From an uncultured Acidobacteriota bacterium (GTDB lineage Bacteria; Acidobacteriota; UBA6911; RPQK01; JAPXNP01): DNA of 64,000 nucleotides. The notes beneath the pieces were generated by a model. The model was given only the letters and a program-made list of their open reading frames with translations. It was not told the DNA's origin and made no database searches. Positions 10,261 to 21,057 of the stretch are shown piece by piece. Numbering within the stretch: the first letter of the stretch is position 1; every line of letters starts with the position of its first letter. The DNA lies in the NCBI GenBank assembly GCA_963777605.1, contig CAVZRV010000007.1, positions 608,001 to 672,000 of the forward strand, read 5' to 3'. The position numbers and the translations under genes are program-made.

Positions 10261-11775
10261 ATGGCCCCCAGGAATGAGGCAAATCGGAAGCTCCTGAAAG
10301 AAGAAAAGCTGGCGGGAATCCTGCGTGCCTGCCAGCGAATGAGCGGAGAACTGGAACTCGGCTCCCTCCTCAGCACCGTCACCGAGGAAGCTGCCCAGCT
10401 GCTCACTGCCGATCGGGCCTCGATCTTCCTGCTTGACGAGGAGAACTGCGAACTGTGGTCGCGGGTGGCTCTCGGCACCAACGAGGAACTGCGGTTCGAT
10501 GCCCGGCTGGGGATCGCCGGGGAAGTCGCGATGAATGGTGCCACCGTCATCGTGGACGATGTCTACCAGGATCCCCGCTTCAACCCGGCCATCGATGCCC
10601 GTCTCGGCTATCGGACCCGAAACATTGTGGCCGTTCCCCTGCGAAACCGGTCCGGAACGATCATCGGCGTTTTTGAGGCACTCAATCGAAAGAGCGGGAA
10701 CTTCAAGGACGAAGACGCGCATATCCTCGAAGAGTTGGGCAACCACGCCGCCCAGGCAGCCGAGAACGCACTGCTGTTTGAGCGCCTCGAACGGGACCGG
10801 AACGAGCTGGCGAACCGGCATAGACACCTGTTGAAAGAGGTTCAGGAACGCTACTCGACTCAGGCAATTGTAGGAACGAGCCGACCTATCCAGCAGCTTG
10901 TCCGCCTGATCGAAGAAATCTCGGACAGCCCGATCGACGTACTGATCACCGGGGAGAGCGGAACCGGGAAAGAATTGGTGGCCAGGGCAATCCACTTCTC
11001 GAGTGAGCGGGCGCCCGGACCCTTCGTAGCCCTAAACTGTTCCACCCTGCCGGAGAATCTGGTCGAATCGGAACTGTTTGGAATTGAGAAAGGGGTCGCT
11101 ACCGGGGTTGACAAGAGAGCCGGCCGGTTTGAGGCTGCTCACGGAGGCACCCTGTTCCTGGACGAAATTGCCGACCTCAGCTTTTCTGCGCAGGCGAAAA
11201 TCCTGCGAGCGCTGCAAGAACGGCAGGTTGAACGGGTTGGAGGAAGAACACCCGTGACGGTCGATGTTCGCATCCTCGCAGCCACGAACAAAGACCTGGA
11301 GCAGGAGATTTCCAAGGGGCACTTTCGCGACGACCTCTTCTATCGTCTCAATGTGGTTCACATTCGGACCCCGGCCTTGAGAGAAATCAAGGAAGATATT
11401 CCGCTCCTGGCGTCGACCTTCCTCCTTCGCTTCGGAGAATCCTTGAAGCGCCCCGCCCGGAACTTCAGCCAGGACGCCCTGGCCACCCTGACCCGATACG
11501 ACTGGCCTGGCAACGTTCGTGAACTCGAAAACGAAATGAAGCGCATCGCCGCCACGATCCGTCACGAGACAGCCCAGGTCTCTGACCTGTCTCCTGCACT
11601 CCGCCATGGGGAGCAGTCCGGACAAAGTCTGCGTGACGCGGTTGAAACCCTCGAGCGCGATCTGATCCGGTCGGCACTTAAAGCGACCGGGGGAAATCGT
11701 GTGCGAGCATCGGAAGCCCTGGGACTGAGCCGGCAGGGCCTCCTGAAGAAGATGCAGCGGTACGGGATTTCTTGA
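10261..11775 (+). CDS. GAF-domain sigma54-dependent enhancer-binding protein (Fis-type HTH)
   Basis: N-terminal GAF; Walker A GESGTGKE, GVATGV (GAFTGA variant), LFLDEI, WPGNVREL; C-terminal HTH. Confidence 0.95.
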   Translation: MAPRNEANRKLLKEEKLAGILRACQRMSGELELGSLLSTVTEEAAQLLTADRASIFLLDEENCELWSRVALGTNEELRFDARLGIAGEVAMNGATVIVDDVYQDPRFNPAIDARLGYRTRNIVAVPLRNRSGTIIGVFEALNRKSGNFKDEDAHILEELGNHAAQAAENALLFERLERDRNELANRHRHLLKEVQERYSTQAIVGTSRPIQQLVRLIEEISDSPIDVLITGESGTGKELVARAIHFSSERAPGPFVALNCSTLPENLVESELFGIEKGVATGVDKRAGRFEAAHGGTLFLDEIADLSFSAQAKILRALQERQVERVGGRTPVTVDVRILAATNKDLEQEISKGHFRDDLFYRLNVVHIRTPALREIKEDIPLLASTFLLRFGESLKRPARNFSQDALATLTRYDWPGNVRELENEMKRIAATIRHETAQVSDLSPALRHGEQSGQSLRDAVETLERDLIRSALKATGGNRVRASEALGLSRQGLLKKMQRYGIS

Positions 11776-11840
11776 GCGCGGAGATGCGGGCCGACTCGCT
11801 CCGGAGCGGAATCCGCCGGCCCGGAGCGACCGGATGCAGG

Positions 11841-12164
11841 TCAGTCATTTTGTGAAAAGTCGCCATCACGGGCGATCGATTCACCCCGAATACGGCAAAT
11901 TGTGGGCCTGATTCCGTGCAGGAAACTTCCCTCTTCAACCTGAACGACCAGGGTCGCAACCTGCTTTTCCAGTTCTTCGATTTGTTCCAATTCCTGATCC
12001 AGGACGCATCCGGCGTTGCGCAGCCCTCTTGCCTGCTCGCAAATCAGGGCAACCGTAGACCGGAGCATACTCAAGCCTCCCTTCAACAGTCGCACCTGAT
12101 GCTCCACTTCACCCAGCCCCGGCATCCGGCCGCTGCCCTCGGGCGATGACTGGTATGCCTTCAT
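11841..12164 (-). CDS. Hypothetical small coiled-coil protein
   Basis: GAGGAGG RBS before ATG; heptad-like LDQELEQIEELEKQVATL; no recognised family. Confidence 0.55.
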   Translation of the reverse strand: MKAYQSSPEGSGRMPGLGEVEHQVRLLKGGLSMLRSTVALICEQARGLRNAGCVLDQELEQIEELEKQVATLVVQVEEGSFLHGIRPTICRIRGESIARDGDFSQND

Positions 12165-12220
12165 TGAATTACGCCTCCTCTAGATTTCGCCACGTTGGAA
12201 ACCTTCATTGCGTTTCTAAT

Positions 12221-12238
12221 ACGCACGCCCTGTGCCGA
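12221..12238 (-). promoter_or_regulatory. Candidate sigma54 promoter for the 107-aa orphan
   Basis: Minus strand TCGGCACAGGGCGTGCGT has GG-N10-GC spacing, ~58 nt above ATG 12164, next to a sigma54 activator gene. Confidence 0.5.
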
Positions 12239-12648
12239 AAATGGACAGCCGCTGGAGCACCGTCTCCGATTTCCATTCAAAGCACTTCATTCTGAGTTAC
12301 TTAGAAGAAATCGCCTCGAGCAGTTGCTCGACGGGCACGAACGAGATGCCCGACAACAAAGTAGACGGCAAAACCACCGCCGCATTCCCCGACTACTCAG
12401 GACAAAATCAATTAACTTGCTTTTCATCAACATGATACGAGTATCCTGGCGGGACGCGGCGCAATGTGAATCAAGTTGACAGTCCCGCAACAGCAATAAG
12501 GATTCCGCCGGGCCTCACGGTTGCATGAATTACCGACGCTGTGGAAGTCACCAACCACCGCTCGAAAGGTGCCGGCAAACGAAACTCGGGACGGGGTAAC
12601 TTCGTCCGGCTATCGGCAGTGTCTCCGCCGTCGGGATTGCCCGTTTCG

Positions 12649-14456
12649 TCAGACAGCCTGGAAGGGCCAGATGACCGGGATGAGAAGGCTGGAAAGGATC
12701 CAGAATGACAAGTTCAGTGGCCAGCCGAACCGCACGTAATCCATGAAGCGATACCCGCCGGGTCCGAAGACCATCATGTTGGTCTGGTAACCCATCGGCG
12801 TCATGAACCCGGCCGAAGCGGCAAAGCAGATCGCAATCAGGAATGGACGCGAATCGACCGAGAGGGTCGTGGCAGAGGCTGAGCGCCACCGGTGTGAGAA
12901 TGATGGCGGCGGCATTGTTCGAGATCATCTGGGTCATCAGTGAAGTGATCAGGTAGACCAGCGAAAGACCCGCAAAAGCATGCCACTCGACCGGGAGACT
13001 CCGCACCAGTGACAGGATCCCGTAGGCGATGAAATCCGCCGTCCCGGTTTTCACCATCGCCTCTCCGACCGGGACGAAACGCCGCGATCAGGAACACCAC
13101 CGACCACTCCACCGACCGGTATGCTTCGTGGGTTGCGAGCACCCCCAGAATCAGGAGCAGGATCGCCCCGAGAACGGCGCCTCCCAGAATTTCAAGGAGT
13201 CCGGTGACGGCGAAAACAACAATCGCGGGAACAGACGCCAGCGGCAGCCACCAGAACCGTTCCCGATTCAGCGAAATCTCCAGTTCCGAAACGACCTGGA
13301 TATCCTCGGATTGGCGGAGTTCGCTCAGGCGCTGGGCGTTCGTCATGACGAGCAGGCAGTCGGACGCCCTGAGCGCGATGTCGGCCAGCCTCGCGTAGAG
13401 GGTCTCACCATGCCTTCGAACGGCCAGCACCAAGGCTCCGAACTGGTAGCCGAAGTCACTCTCCTTGAGAGTCTTCCCGATCAACTTGCTGTTGAAGGGA
13501 ACGAGTGCTTCCAGCACAGTCTGCCCGTGTCCCGCCAGGACCTGTTCGTCGACTTCGCACTCCCGGCAAGAGGGTCGCCCGTTGTTCATTCCGAAAGCGG
13601 AGCACATCTTCCAGGGTGCCCTCGATGATCAGGATGTCGCCCTGGTGAATCGGCACGAAGGCGAGTTCTTCGGCAATTCGGCGTTCTCCCCTGAGAATGG
13701 CCAGAACAGAGACCCCGTATCGTTCGCGGATCCGGATATCCCGGCAACTTCGGTCAATCAGCCGCGAGTCCGCGGGGACCTCGACCTCGGTCAAGTAGGA
13801 AGAGAGATTGTAAGCCGACGTCAGCGACGTTCCGGTCACCCGATCGGGCAGACTTCCGCTTGCCGAGCAGCATGGAATAGGTCAGCGCCGATGGCGAGAA
13901 AAATAATGGCAAGCGGCGACAGCTCGAACATCCGCAAGGGAACCTGGCCCGCCTCTCGGCAGTGAACTCACGAGAAGATTGGTCGAAGTTCCGATCACGG
14001 TCAACATGCCGCCCAGAATGGCAATGTAGGAGAGGGGCAGAAGGACCTTGCTCGGACTGAGTTGGAACCTGCGACAGAGACTCAGCGCCAGGGGAATGAA
14101 AATGACCACGACGGCCGTATTGTTCAGAAACCCCGAGAGCACGCGCGGTCACCAGAAGGAAGACCGTGACGCCGATCCACTTGAACGGTCCAACCCGGCT
14201 GGAGAGCCAGAAGGCGCCGTACTCGAGGACCCCGGTCTTGACCAGCGCACGACTCAGCACAAACAGGGCCCCGACTGTCAACGACCGCCTTGTTGCTCAA
14301 GCCCCGATTCGCGTGGCTCGGAGTCCACGAAACCCAACACCGAGGAGGAGTCCCAGCATGCCCATGGCCGTGACCTCGATCGGAAACAACTCCATCGCGA
14401 AGGCGGCAAGCGCCAAGCACAATGAGGAGAAGCATCAGGACGATTTCCAGGGTCAT
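12649..14456 (-). pseudogene. SLC13/CitMHS-type permease with TrkA-C domains, broken by many frameshifts (probably sequencing error)
   Basis: Fragments in alternating frames: SGFLNNTAVV, LGGMLTVIGTSTNLLV, TrkA-C segments, ISNNAAA and [24 protein letters not shown]. Confidence 0.85.
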
Positions 14457-14537
14457 CGCTGGCTAGACATTATCAGATTCTCACCAGCATGAGGACACCT
14501 CTTGTTGTATGGACTTACGAGGTAAGGAGGACTTCCG

Positions 14538-14759
14538 ATGAAGGTTTCACAGTGGACAACGATCGGGACGGCGCTGTTTGGACTCCAGCTTTCACTGCTC
14601 AGCTCCCAAGTAATCGGGGCTGCAGACGGAAACATGGAGACCGGTTCCGAGATCCGCACGCGCGCCGGACCCGAGGAGGCATTTCGGATCGTCCTCAAAG
14701 TACTGACCGGGCCACTGCACCGCCTCGGCAACTTGATCGACACCGGCCGGCCGGACTGA
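14538..14759 (+). CDS. Hypothetical small, possibly exported protein or gene remnant
   Basis: AAGGAGG RBS and a signal-peptide-like N-terminus; no recognised domain. Confidence 0.4.
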   Translation: MKVSQWTTIGTALFGLQLSLLSSQVIGAADGNMETGSEIRTRAGPEEAFRIVLKVLTGPLHRLGNLIDTGRPD

Positions 14760-14787
14760 ACCAAGGGTTACAGAGGTCGCGCCCGGG

Positions 14788-15561
14788 TCACTGCTTTTGC
14801 AGGAACTGGAAGGCTTCCCGAAGGGTATCGACAACGAAGTCGGGGGCCGGATCGGTACCATGCGTCCGGCGTTCTTCCTGGCTCTGGTTGATCAGCCCGG
14901 CGACGGCGCAGCCCGCCAGCTTCGCCCCGAGCAGATCGGTCTCGTACTTGTTGCCGATATATGCCGTCTGTTCCGGAGTTGAGTCGAGCGCCGCCAGAGC
15001 GATGTGGAAGAGCCGGGGGTCGGGTTTGCGGAAGCCGTAGTCGGATGAAATCACCCTGGCATCAAAGAAGTCCTCAATCCTCAGGGTCCGCAATTCCGGA
15101 CAGGCGTACAGTCGCTGGGCGTCGGTCACCAGCCCGATCCGGTAGTTTTTCCGAAAATCAGTGAGGGTCCAGAACGTGTCGGGAAACAGTCCAAAACGCT
15201 CGCGACTCAGCGAGCGATAAAGCTGCGTCGTCACCATGGCCATGTACCGATCGGCGGTCCTTCCCTGCTCCCGCAGGACATGTTCGAACGCGCACGCTAC
15301 GTCCACTTCAGGGAAACGTTCGCGGCTGCGGGCGAACTGCTGGTGCAGTTCGCTGAAGTAGAGCTCCTTCAAAATACGTGGAGACACGAAGATACGGCGG
15401 TATTCGAGAAATCGACTCAGAGTCTCGAAGATGTCGTCCCGCTGTTCGTTGGTGTGAATGTCGATGAGAGTGCCGTAAACGTCAAAAAGAACCGTCGTTA
15501 TTGGTGCCATGATCTGTTTTCCCCGTGGTTTTTCCGACTTCGATTCATTGACCTTTTTCAC
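14788..15561 (-). CDS. HAD-superfamily hydrolase
   Basis: Motif I FDVYGTLID, VTDA, RKPDPRLF, YIGNKYETDLLGA. Confidence 0.9.
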   Translation of the reverse strand: MKKVNESKSEKPRGKQIMAPITTVLFDVYGTLIDIHTNEQRDDIFETLSRFLEYRRIFVSPRILKELYFSELHQQFARSRERFPEVDVACAFEHVLREQGRTADRYMAMVTTQLYRSLSRERFGLFPDTFWTLTDFRKNYRIGLVTDAQRLYACPELRTLRIEDFFDARVISSDYGFRKPDPRLFHIALAALDSTPEQTAYIGNKYETDLLGAKLAGCAVAGLINQSQEERRTHGTDPAPDFVVDTLREAFQFLQKQ

Positions 15562-15564
15562 CTC

Positions 15565-16587
15565 TCACCTTTGCAGACAACGGCCCGCTTCCTCCACAAG
15601 CCAGTTGCGGTGCCCCCGGGGAAGCCACGGATTTCGGGCAATTCGCAGTTCTCCCAGCGCCATGTAAAAGCGTGACCGAAACGCAAGCCAGTCGAAATGG
15701 GACTCGGTCAACGACGAGTACTTCGCGTACGAGTGGAGGAAGTGAGAGATAAACGGCTCAGCGGCCTCCGAGCAGAGGATGCGGAGAGCAAAATGGTGCT
15801 TGAGCTCGGCCACCAGGAGCCCGACGTCATAGACCGGGTCCTCAATGTGCATCCGCTCCAGGTCGATTGCAGTGACTCCCCGCTGGTCATCGAATATGAA
15901 ATTGGTGGGTGTCGCATCCCCGTGGACCAGACTTGTGTAGCCGTCCCACATGGAGCGAAGTGATTCCCATTTGTCACAAAGGTGGAGAAGGTTCGAAAGC
16001 GTTTGGTGCGAAAGGTCTCCAGTCTGGTCGAGACCGCGGATGATCGTTCGGAGCTCATTGCAGGTTCGAGACACCCGTGGCGGTTTCGACAAAACGGACA
16101 ATTGGTGCAGTCGGGCAAAGAAGCCAGCCAAGAGATCCAGGCGCTCGTTTAGAGGGTCACCCTCGCCCTCGTGGGCGGCACGACTGATGTAATAGTCGAG
16201 ATTCAATCCCGGAACGTACTCTTCGACCAGGAGGCTGCCCAAGTCGCCCCGGACTCCAATAGGACGCACCACGCGAAACGGTGGGGAGCGCAACCCCAGA
16301 AGTCTCGTTCTGCGGAGGCAGAACCACTCGTAGGCCATGATGTGACGCGCTTCTTCAGGAGGCAGCAACGGGCGTGCCGAGAAGAATTTGCAGACAACCC
16401 TACTCCCGGAGGTGACTTCAACGCAGATGAAAACGCCGTGGGCGGATTCAACCTCCTCGAACTCGAAAATCGGATCGGTCGCCGGCGACCACAGGTTCAA
16501 ACGCGAGAGATAAGCGTATAGCGGATGTCCTCGATCGATTCCATCCAATCCGCCGGGCGGAGACAAGATCGCCGATTCATCAGCCAT
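15565..16587 (-). CDS. APH/choline-kinase-like phosphotransferase
   Basis: VCKFF, HGDATPTNF, IDLE and DPVYDVG. Confidence 0.88.
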   Translation of the reverse strand: MADESAILSPPGGLDGIDRGHPLYAYLSRLNLWSPATDPIFEFEEVESAHGVFICVEVTSGSRVVCKFFSARPLLPPEEARHIMAYEWFCLRRTRLLGLRSPPFRVVRPIGVRGDLGSLLVEEYVPGLNLDYYISRAAHEGEGDPLNERLDLLAGFFARLHQLSVLSKPPRVSRTCNELRTIIRGLDQTGDLSHQTLSNLLHLCDKWESLRSMWDGYTSLVHGDATPTNFIFDDQRGVTAIDLERMHIEDPVYDVGLLVAELKHHFALRILCSEAAEPFISHFLHSYAKYSSLTESHFDWLAFRSRFYMALGELRIARNPWLPRGHRNWLVEEAGRCLQR

Positions 16588-16886
16588 AGCAGGGACTCCG
16601 GACAGGACACCGGCTGTTTGGAACAGGAAAAGCGTGCCAGAAGGAGATTGCAGATTTGAGCTGGCCACCTGAAACGGTCTCGCCTCAACTCCAGCCGGCT
16701 TGCAACTTTAACTAAGAGTCATCATATGGAATCCGCCGTGCCGAGTCAACGAAGGTCACGGCCCCTGCGAGGCCACCCCGCCGTCGGCTGCCTACTTCGT
16801 CAGTTGGGCCGTTTCCGTGTACACTCGTGTCTTGTTGCGCCAATCGACTGGTGAAAAAGGACGGCTGCTACCAAGAGGTACTGAAC

Positions 16887-18575
16887 ATGGCCGAAAATGA
16901 GAACGGAAATTCAAAAGACTTCATCAGAACCATCATCGACGAGGACAATCGAACCGGTAAACACAACGGCCGCGTCCACACCCGCTTCCCCCCGGAACCG
17001 AACGGCTACCTCCACATCGGACACGCCAAGTCGATTTGCCTCAACTTTGGGATCGCGCGTGACTACAGTGGGCTCTGCAACCTGAGATTTGATGACACCA
17101 ATCCGTCCAAGGAGGATGTCGAATACGTTGAATCGATCATCGAGGATGTCCACTGGCTTGGGTTCGACTGGGACGAACGCCAGTTCTTCGCGTCCGATTA
17201 CTTCGATGCTTTCTACACCCATGCCGTGAGCTTGATCAAGAAGGGACGCGCTTACGTGGACAGCCTCAGCGCGGATGAGATCCGTGCTTATCGAGGTACC
17301 CTGACGGAGCCCGGCAAGAACAGCCCCTACCGGGAGCGGCCGGTCGAGGAGAACCTCGAACTGTTTGAACGGATGCGCAAAGGGGAGTTCCCGGAGGGAG
17401 CCCACGTTCTGAGGGCAAAGATCGACATGGCCTCCCCGAATATCAACATGCGGGATCCCACGATCTACCGGATCAAGTACTTCAAGCATCATCGAACCGG
17501 CGACAAGTGGTGCATCTATCCGATGTACGACTACGCTCATTGCATTTCAGATTCCATTGAGGGCATTACCCACTCGATCTGCACGCTCGAGTTTGAGGAC
17601 CACCGGCCACTTTACGACTGGTTCCTCGATGAGCTCGAACTCTTTCACCCTCAACAGATCGAGTTCGCACGGCTCAACTTGAGCTACACCGTCCTCAGCA
17701 AGCGGAAGCTCCTGGAACTGGTCCGGGAAGGACACGTCTCGGGTTGGGACGACCCTCGCATGCCGACGATCTCGGGACTGAGGCGCCGCGGATATCCCCC
17801 CGAGTCGATCCGGAGGTTCTGCGACCGGGTCGGCGTCGCCAAGCGGGATAGCATCATCGACGTTGCGCTCCTCGAACACACCATTCGAGAAGACCTCAAC
17901 AAGACCGCTCCCCGGGTCATGGCGGTGCTTAATCCTCTCAAGGTGGTCATCGTCAACTACCCGGAGGATCAGGTCGAGGAACTCGAGGCCATCAACAACC
18001 CGGAAGATCCCGGAGCGGGCACGCGCAAGGCCCCATTTTCCCGGGTTCTCTACATCGAACAGGACGATTTCCAGGAGGATCCACCCAAGAAATACTACCG
18101 CCTGGCACCAGGCCGAGAGGTGCGACTGCGCTACGCGTACTTCGTCACCTGCGTAGGAGTCGTGAAGGACCCCGAGACTGGAGAAGTGGTCGAGGTCCAG
18201 TGCACCTACGACCCGGCAACCCGAGGAGGAGATGCCCCGGACGGTCGCAGGGTGAAGGGGACGATCCACTGGGTTTCGGCACAGCACGCGGTAGCGGCCG
18301 AGGTACGCCTCTACGATCGACTCTTTACGCAGCCTAACCCGACCGAGGGGCAGGCGGATTACAAGGACTCTCTGAATCCCGACTCGTTGACCGTTCTCAG
18401 TGACTGCAAGCTCGAACCGGGCTTGGCGGAGGCCGACCCGGACGTTCGCTACCAGTTCGAACGGCTTGGTTACTTCGTCCTGGATTCAAAAGTGGATCCG
18501 TCCCGACAGCCCGTGTTCAACCGGGTCGTCTCCTTGCGCGACAGCTGGGCAAAGATCGCAGCCCGGAACAGTTGA
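16887..18575 (+). CDS. glnS: Glutamine--tRNA ligase
   Basis: [39 protein letters not shown] and YQFERLGYF. Confidence 0.97.
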   Translation: MAENENGNSKDFIRTIIDEDNRTGKHNGRVHTRFPPEPNGYLHIGHAKSICLNFGIARDYSGLCNLRFDDTNPSKEDVEYVESIIEDVHWLGFDWDERQFFASDYFDAFYTHAVSLIKKGRAYVDSLSADEIRAYRGTLTEPGKNSPYRERPVEENLELFERMRKGEFPEGAHVLRAKIDMASPNINMRDPTIYRIKYFKHHRTGDKWCIYPMYDYAHCISDSIEGITHSICTLEFEDHRPLYDWFLDELELFHPQQIEFARLNLSYTVLSKRKLLELVREGHVSGWDDPRMPTISGLRRRGYPPESIRRFCDRVGVAKRDSIIDVALLEHTIREDLNKTAPRVMAVLNPLKVVIVNYPEDQVEELEAINNPEDPGAGTRKAPFSRVLYIEQDDFQEDPPKKYYRLAPGREVRLRYAYFVTCVGVVKDPETGEVVEVQCTYDPATRGGDAPDGRRVKGTIHWVSAQHAVAAEVRLYDRLFTQPNPTEGQADYKDSLNPDSLTVLSDCKLEPGLAEADPDVRYQFERLGYFVLDSKVDPSRQPVFNRVVSLRDSWAKIAARNS

Positions 18576-18786
18576 ACAGGAACTTCCATTTGGATGAACT
18601 GGAAAGCCTGGAAAACCTGGGCAACTGGGCTTTGGCGAGTTGTTCAGTCCGCGGGAGAAGCGCGAGTTCAAAAGGATGGCTCTGCACCGAGAGCCGGGGA
18701 TAAGGCGAAGCCGCGCCCCCGGGCGCTTCGGGACCGGTTCCTCTCTCTGAATGATCTGCGCCGGAGCGGGGAGACCGGACGGCTTT

Positions 18787-19503
18787 CTAATCGTTGAAGA
18801 AGCGGATCGCCCGTTCCAGGTCTTCCGCCGTGTCTACCCCGATCGTGTCGAACGGGGTTTCGGGCACGACGATCGGAATGCCGTTTTCAAGGAACCGGAG
18901 CTGTTCCAGGCGCTCCGCTCTTTCCAGCCGGCCCTGGGGAAGAGCATGGAAGCGTTCCAATGCTTCCCGGCGATATCCGTACAGCCCCATGTGCTTATAG
19001 ACTTCCCGATGAGGAGAAGCTTGCCGGTAGTACGGGATCGCCAACCGGGAAAAGTAGATCGCCAGGTCGTTTGCACCGGTGACTACCTTTACCACGTTGA
19101 CGTTCTCGGCTTCCTCGGGATCCAGCAAGACTCTCAGGGTGGAAACCGGAGCAATTCCCTGCTTCAAGGCTGAAACCAGCGACTCCAGGTGCTCGGGGCG
19201 GACCGTGGGCTCGTCTCCCTGGATGTTGATGTAGAATTCGCCCGAAGTTCGGCCGACTACCTCGATGAGGCGATCCGTTCCTGAGTTGTGAAGGCCGGTC
19301 CTGAGGCAGGGGATGGCACGCCGTTCGCAAAATTCGACGATAAGATCGTCTTCGGTCGCCACCAGTAATTCATCGAGGCAGGCCCGACTGGCGGCCTCGT
19401 AGACTCTCTCCAGAAGAGGCTTTCCAGCCACGTCGCGGAGGACTTTTCCGGGAAGTCTTTCCGACTCGTACCGGGCGGGGATCACGCCGATTGTCTGTGC
19501 CAC
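18787..19503 (-). CDS. kdsB: 3-deoxy-manno-octulosonate cytidylyltransferase
   Basis: IPARYESERLPGK, SGTDR, NIQGDEP, LEQLRFLE and GVDT.EDL. Confidence 0.96.
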   Translation of the reverse strand: MAQTIGVIPARYESERLPGKVLRDVAGKPLLERVYEAASRACLDELLVATEDDLIVEFCERRAIPCLRTGLHNSGTDRLIEVVGRTSGEFYINIQGDEPTVRPEHLESLVSALKQGIAPVSTLRVLLDPEEAENVNVVKVVTGANDLAIYFSRLAIPYYRQASPHREVYKHMGLYGYRREALERFHALPQGRLERAERLEQLRFLENGIPIVVPETPFDTIGVDTAEDLERAIRFFND

Positions 19504-19591
19504 AGTCTCCCCTTCTTAGGCGCACTCACAAACCGTCAAACCACTGCTGCAGGCTTGAACCTTGATTCGACAGGTCCTTCACAAGTGAGGT

Positions 19592-20017
19592 TCAATGACC
19601 TCCGGAAACTCGCGCAGAACCCTTGAACGGGGGTGGACCCAGCTTCAACTTCCTGGTCCGGTTGTCGGGCACCAGCGTCACCGTCTTCTGGGATCCCTCC
19701 AGCGAGGCCTTTACGACGCAAGGACGAATCTTCCCGGTTTCCGTCTCCACGATCCAGGCGACATTGCCGGCGTACTTCAACTCCAGAGAGTCGCCGGCCT
19801 TCACATCTCCAAAAAAGGCCGCCGCCTTGGTCGCATCGCTGACTTGGCCTTTCAGGACCACAAAGTCCTCGTCAGGCGCCGGGACCTTTTCGAGTTTGAT
19901 GCCGAGATCGTCGGCCCAACCTGGAAGCCAACCGTTTCCTCCCGGCTGGGCGAATATGGTGGTGAAGAGCAAGGCGACTACGAGCAACCAGAGAGACCCA
20001 TAATTTCCAGACTTCAT
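19592..20017 (-). CDS. Hypothetical exported protein
   Basis: Signal peptide ending TIFA-Q and a beta-rich soluble body; no recognised family. Confidence 0.55.
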   Translation of the reverse strand: MKSGNYGSLWLLVVALLFTTIFAQPGGNGWLPGWADDLGIKLEKVPAPDEDFVVLKGQVSDATKAAAFFGDVKAGDSLELKYAGNVAWIVETETGKIRPCVVKASLEGSQKTVTLVPDNRTRKLKLGPPPFKGSARVSGGH

Positions 20018-20277
20018 ACCAGCCCAGTATATCAGCGCCCCCTTCCCGGCGGCACAACCATGGAGCATTGCTGAGGACGGGCTCATGCCGGTTTGGGCCG
20101 GGCGAGCTTTCCAGCCACTGGTGCCATGGGAGAGTCGATTTCCGGCGAGACGGCAAATCGAGGGGGAAATGCCGTAAAAGGAACCACGAATGTCGACTTT
20201 GGAAACTGTTTGCGGCCCCCGAGCATATTCATAAGATCCGCCATGAAGTGAACCGAAATTCGAGGAGAACAACCCCT

Positions 20278-21024
20278 ATGAGAAGCACATTCATCTCGGC
20301 AATTCTGTTGGCAGTAACTTTGGGAATGAGCGGCCTGTACGCGCAAACCAGTGCGCCCGCGCAGCCGGACAAGGACTGGGGCGGTACGTTCGGAGCCGGT
20401 TTCTCACTTACGGGTGGCAACACCGACACAGCCAACTTCAACCTCTCATTCAACGGGACCTACGATCCGAAAACGCGCAATGTCATCAAGGCCAACGGTC
20501 TCTATCTTCGCTCCGACAAGGACAACGAAATAACTGCGGATCGACTGCGGCTGGGAGTCCGGGATGAGTACACATTATCCGACAGGGTCTTCGCCTTTGG
20601 TGACACTACTTACCTTCGCGACCCCTTCAAGGAAATCTCCTATCTGTTGAACCCGTACGGAGGCTTAGGCTACCAATTGCTCTCGACCGAAAAAGTCTCC
20701 TTGGCCGTAGACGGCGGAGCAGGGGTCGTGTGGGAAAAAAATCCCGGCTTCGAGACCAACACGAGCGGCACCTTGAATGCGGGCCAGAATTTGTCCGTCA
20801 AACTGTCGGAAGGAGCGGAAATCACCCAGCAGTTGAACGGCCTCTGGAAGACCGACAATTTCGAAGATGCGCTCTATCACTTCGCCGTCGGCGTTGCGAC
20901 CCAATTGACGAAACGCACGGAACTGAAAGTCGAGTTCGTAGACGACTTCAAGAACCTGACCCCCGGGCCTGAAGTGAAAAAGAACGACACGGCCTTCCTG
21001 ACCAGCTTTCTGTTCAAATTCTGA
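20278..21024 (+). CDS. DUF481/YdiY-family outer-membrane beta-barrel
   Basis: Signal peptide, GFSLTGGNTDT, alternating beta strands, C-terminal Phe. Confidence 0.88.
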   Translation: MRSTFISAILLAVTLGMSGLYAQTSAPAQPDKDWGGTFGAGFSLTGGNTDTANFNLSFNGTYDPKTRNVIKANGLYLRSDKDNEITADRLRLGVRDEYTLSDRVFAFGDTTYLRDPFKEISYLLNPYGGLGYQLLSTEKVSLAVDGGAGVVWEKNPGFETNTSGTLNAGQNLSVKLSEGAEITQQLNGLWKTDNFEDALYHFAVGVATQLTKRTELKVEFVDDFKNLTPGPEVKKNDTAFLTSFLFKF

Positions 21025-21057
21025 AGCTCAGCGACTGAGGGACGGCGGGACAGGAGG

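Noticed and set aside
18596-18632. Short CTGG(A/G)-based 9-nt tandem repeat after glnS
   Set aside because: Only 3-4 degenerate copies with no spacers; not CRISPR-like.
20020-20277. Possible cobalamin or c-di-GMP riboswitch upstream of the DUF481 gene
   Set aside because: Only isolated fragments (GCCACTG, GGCAAA); the core architecture is missing.
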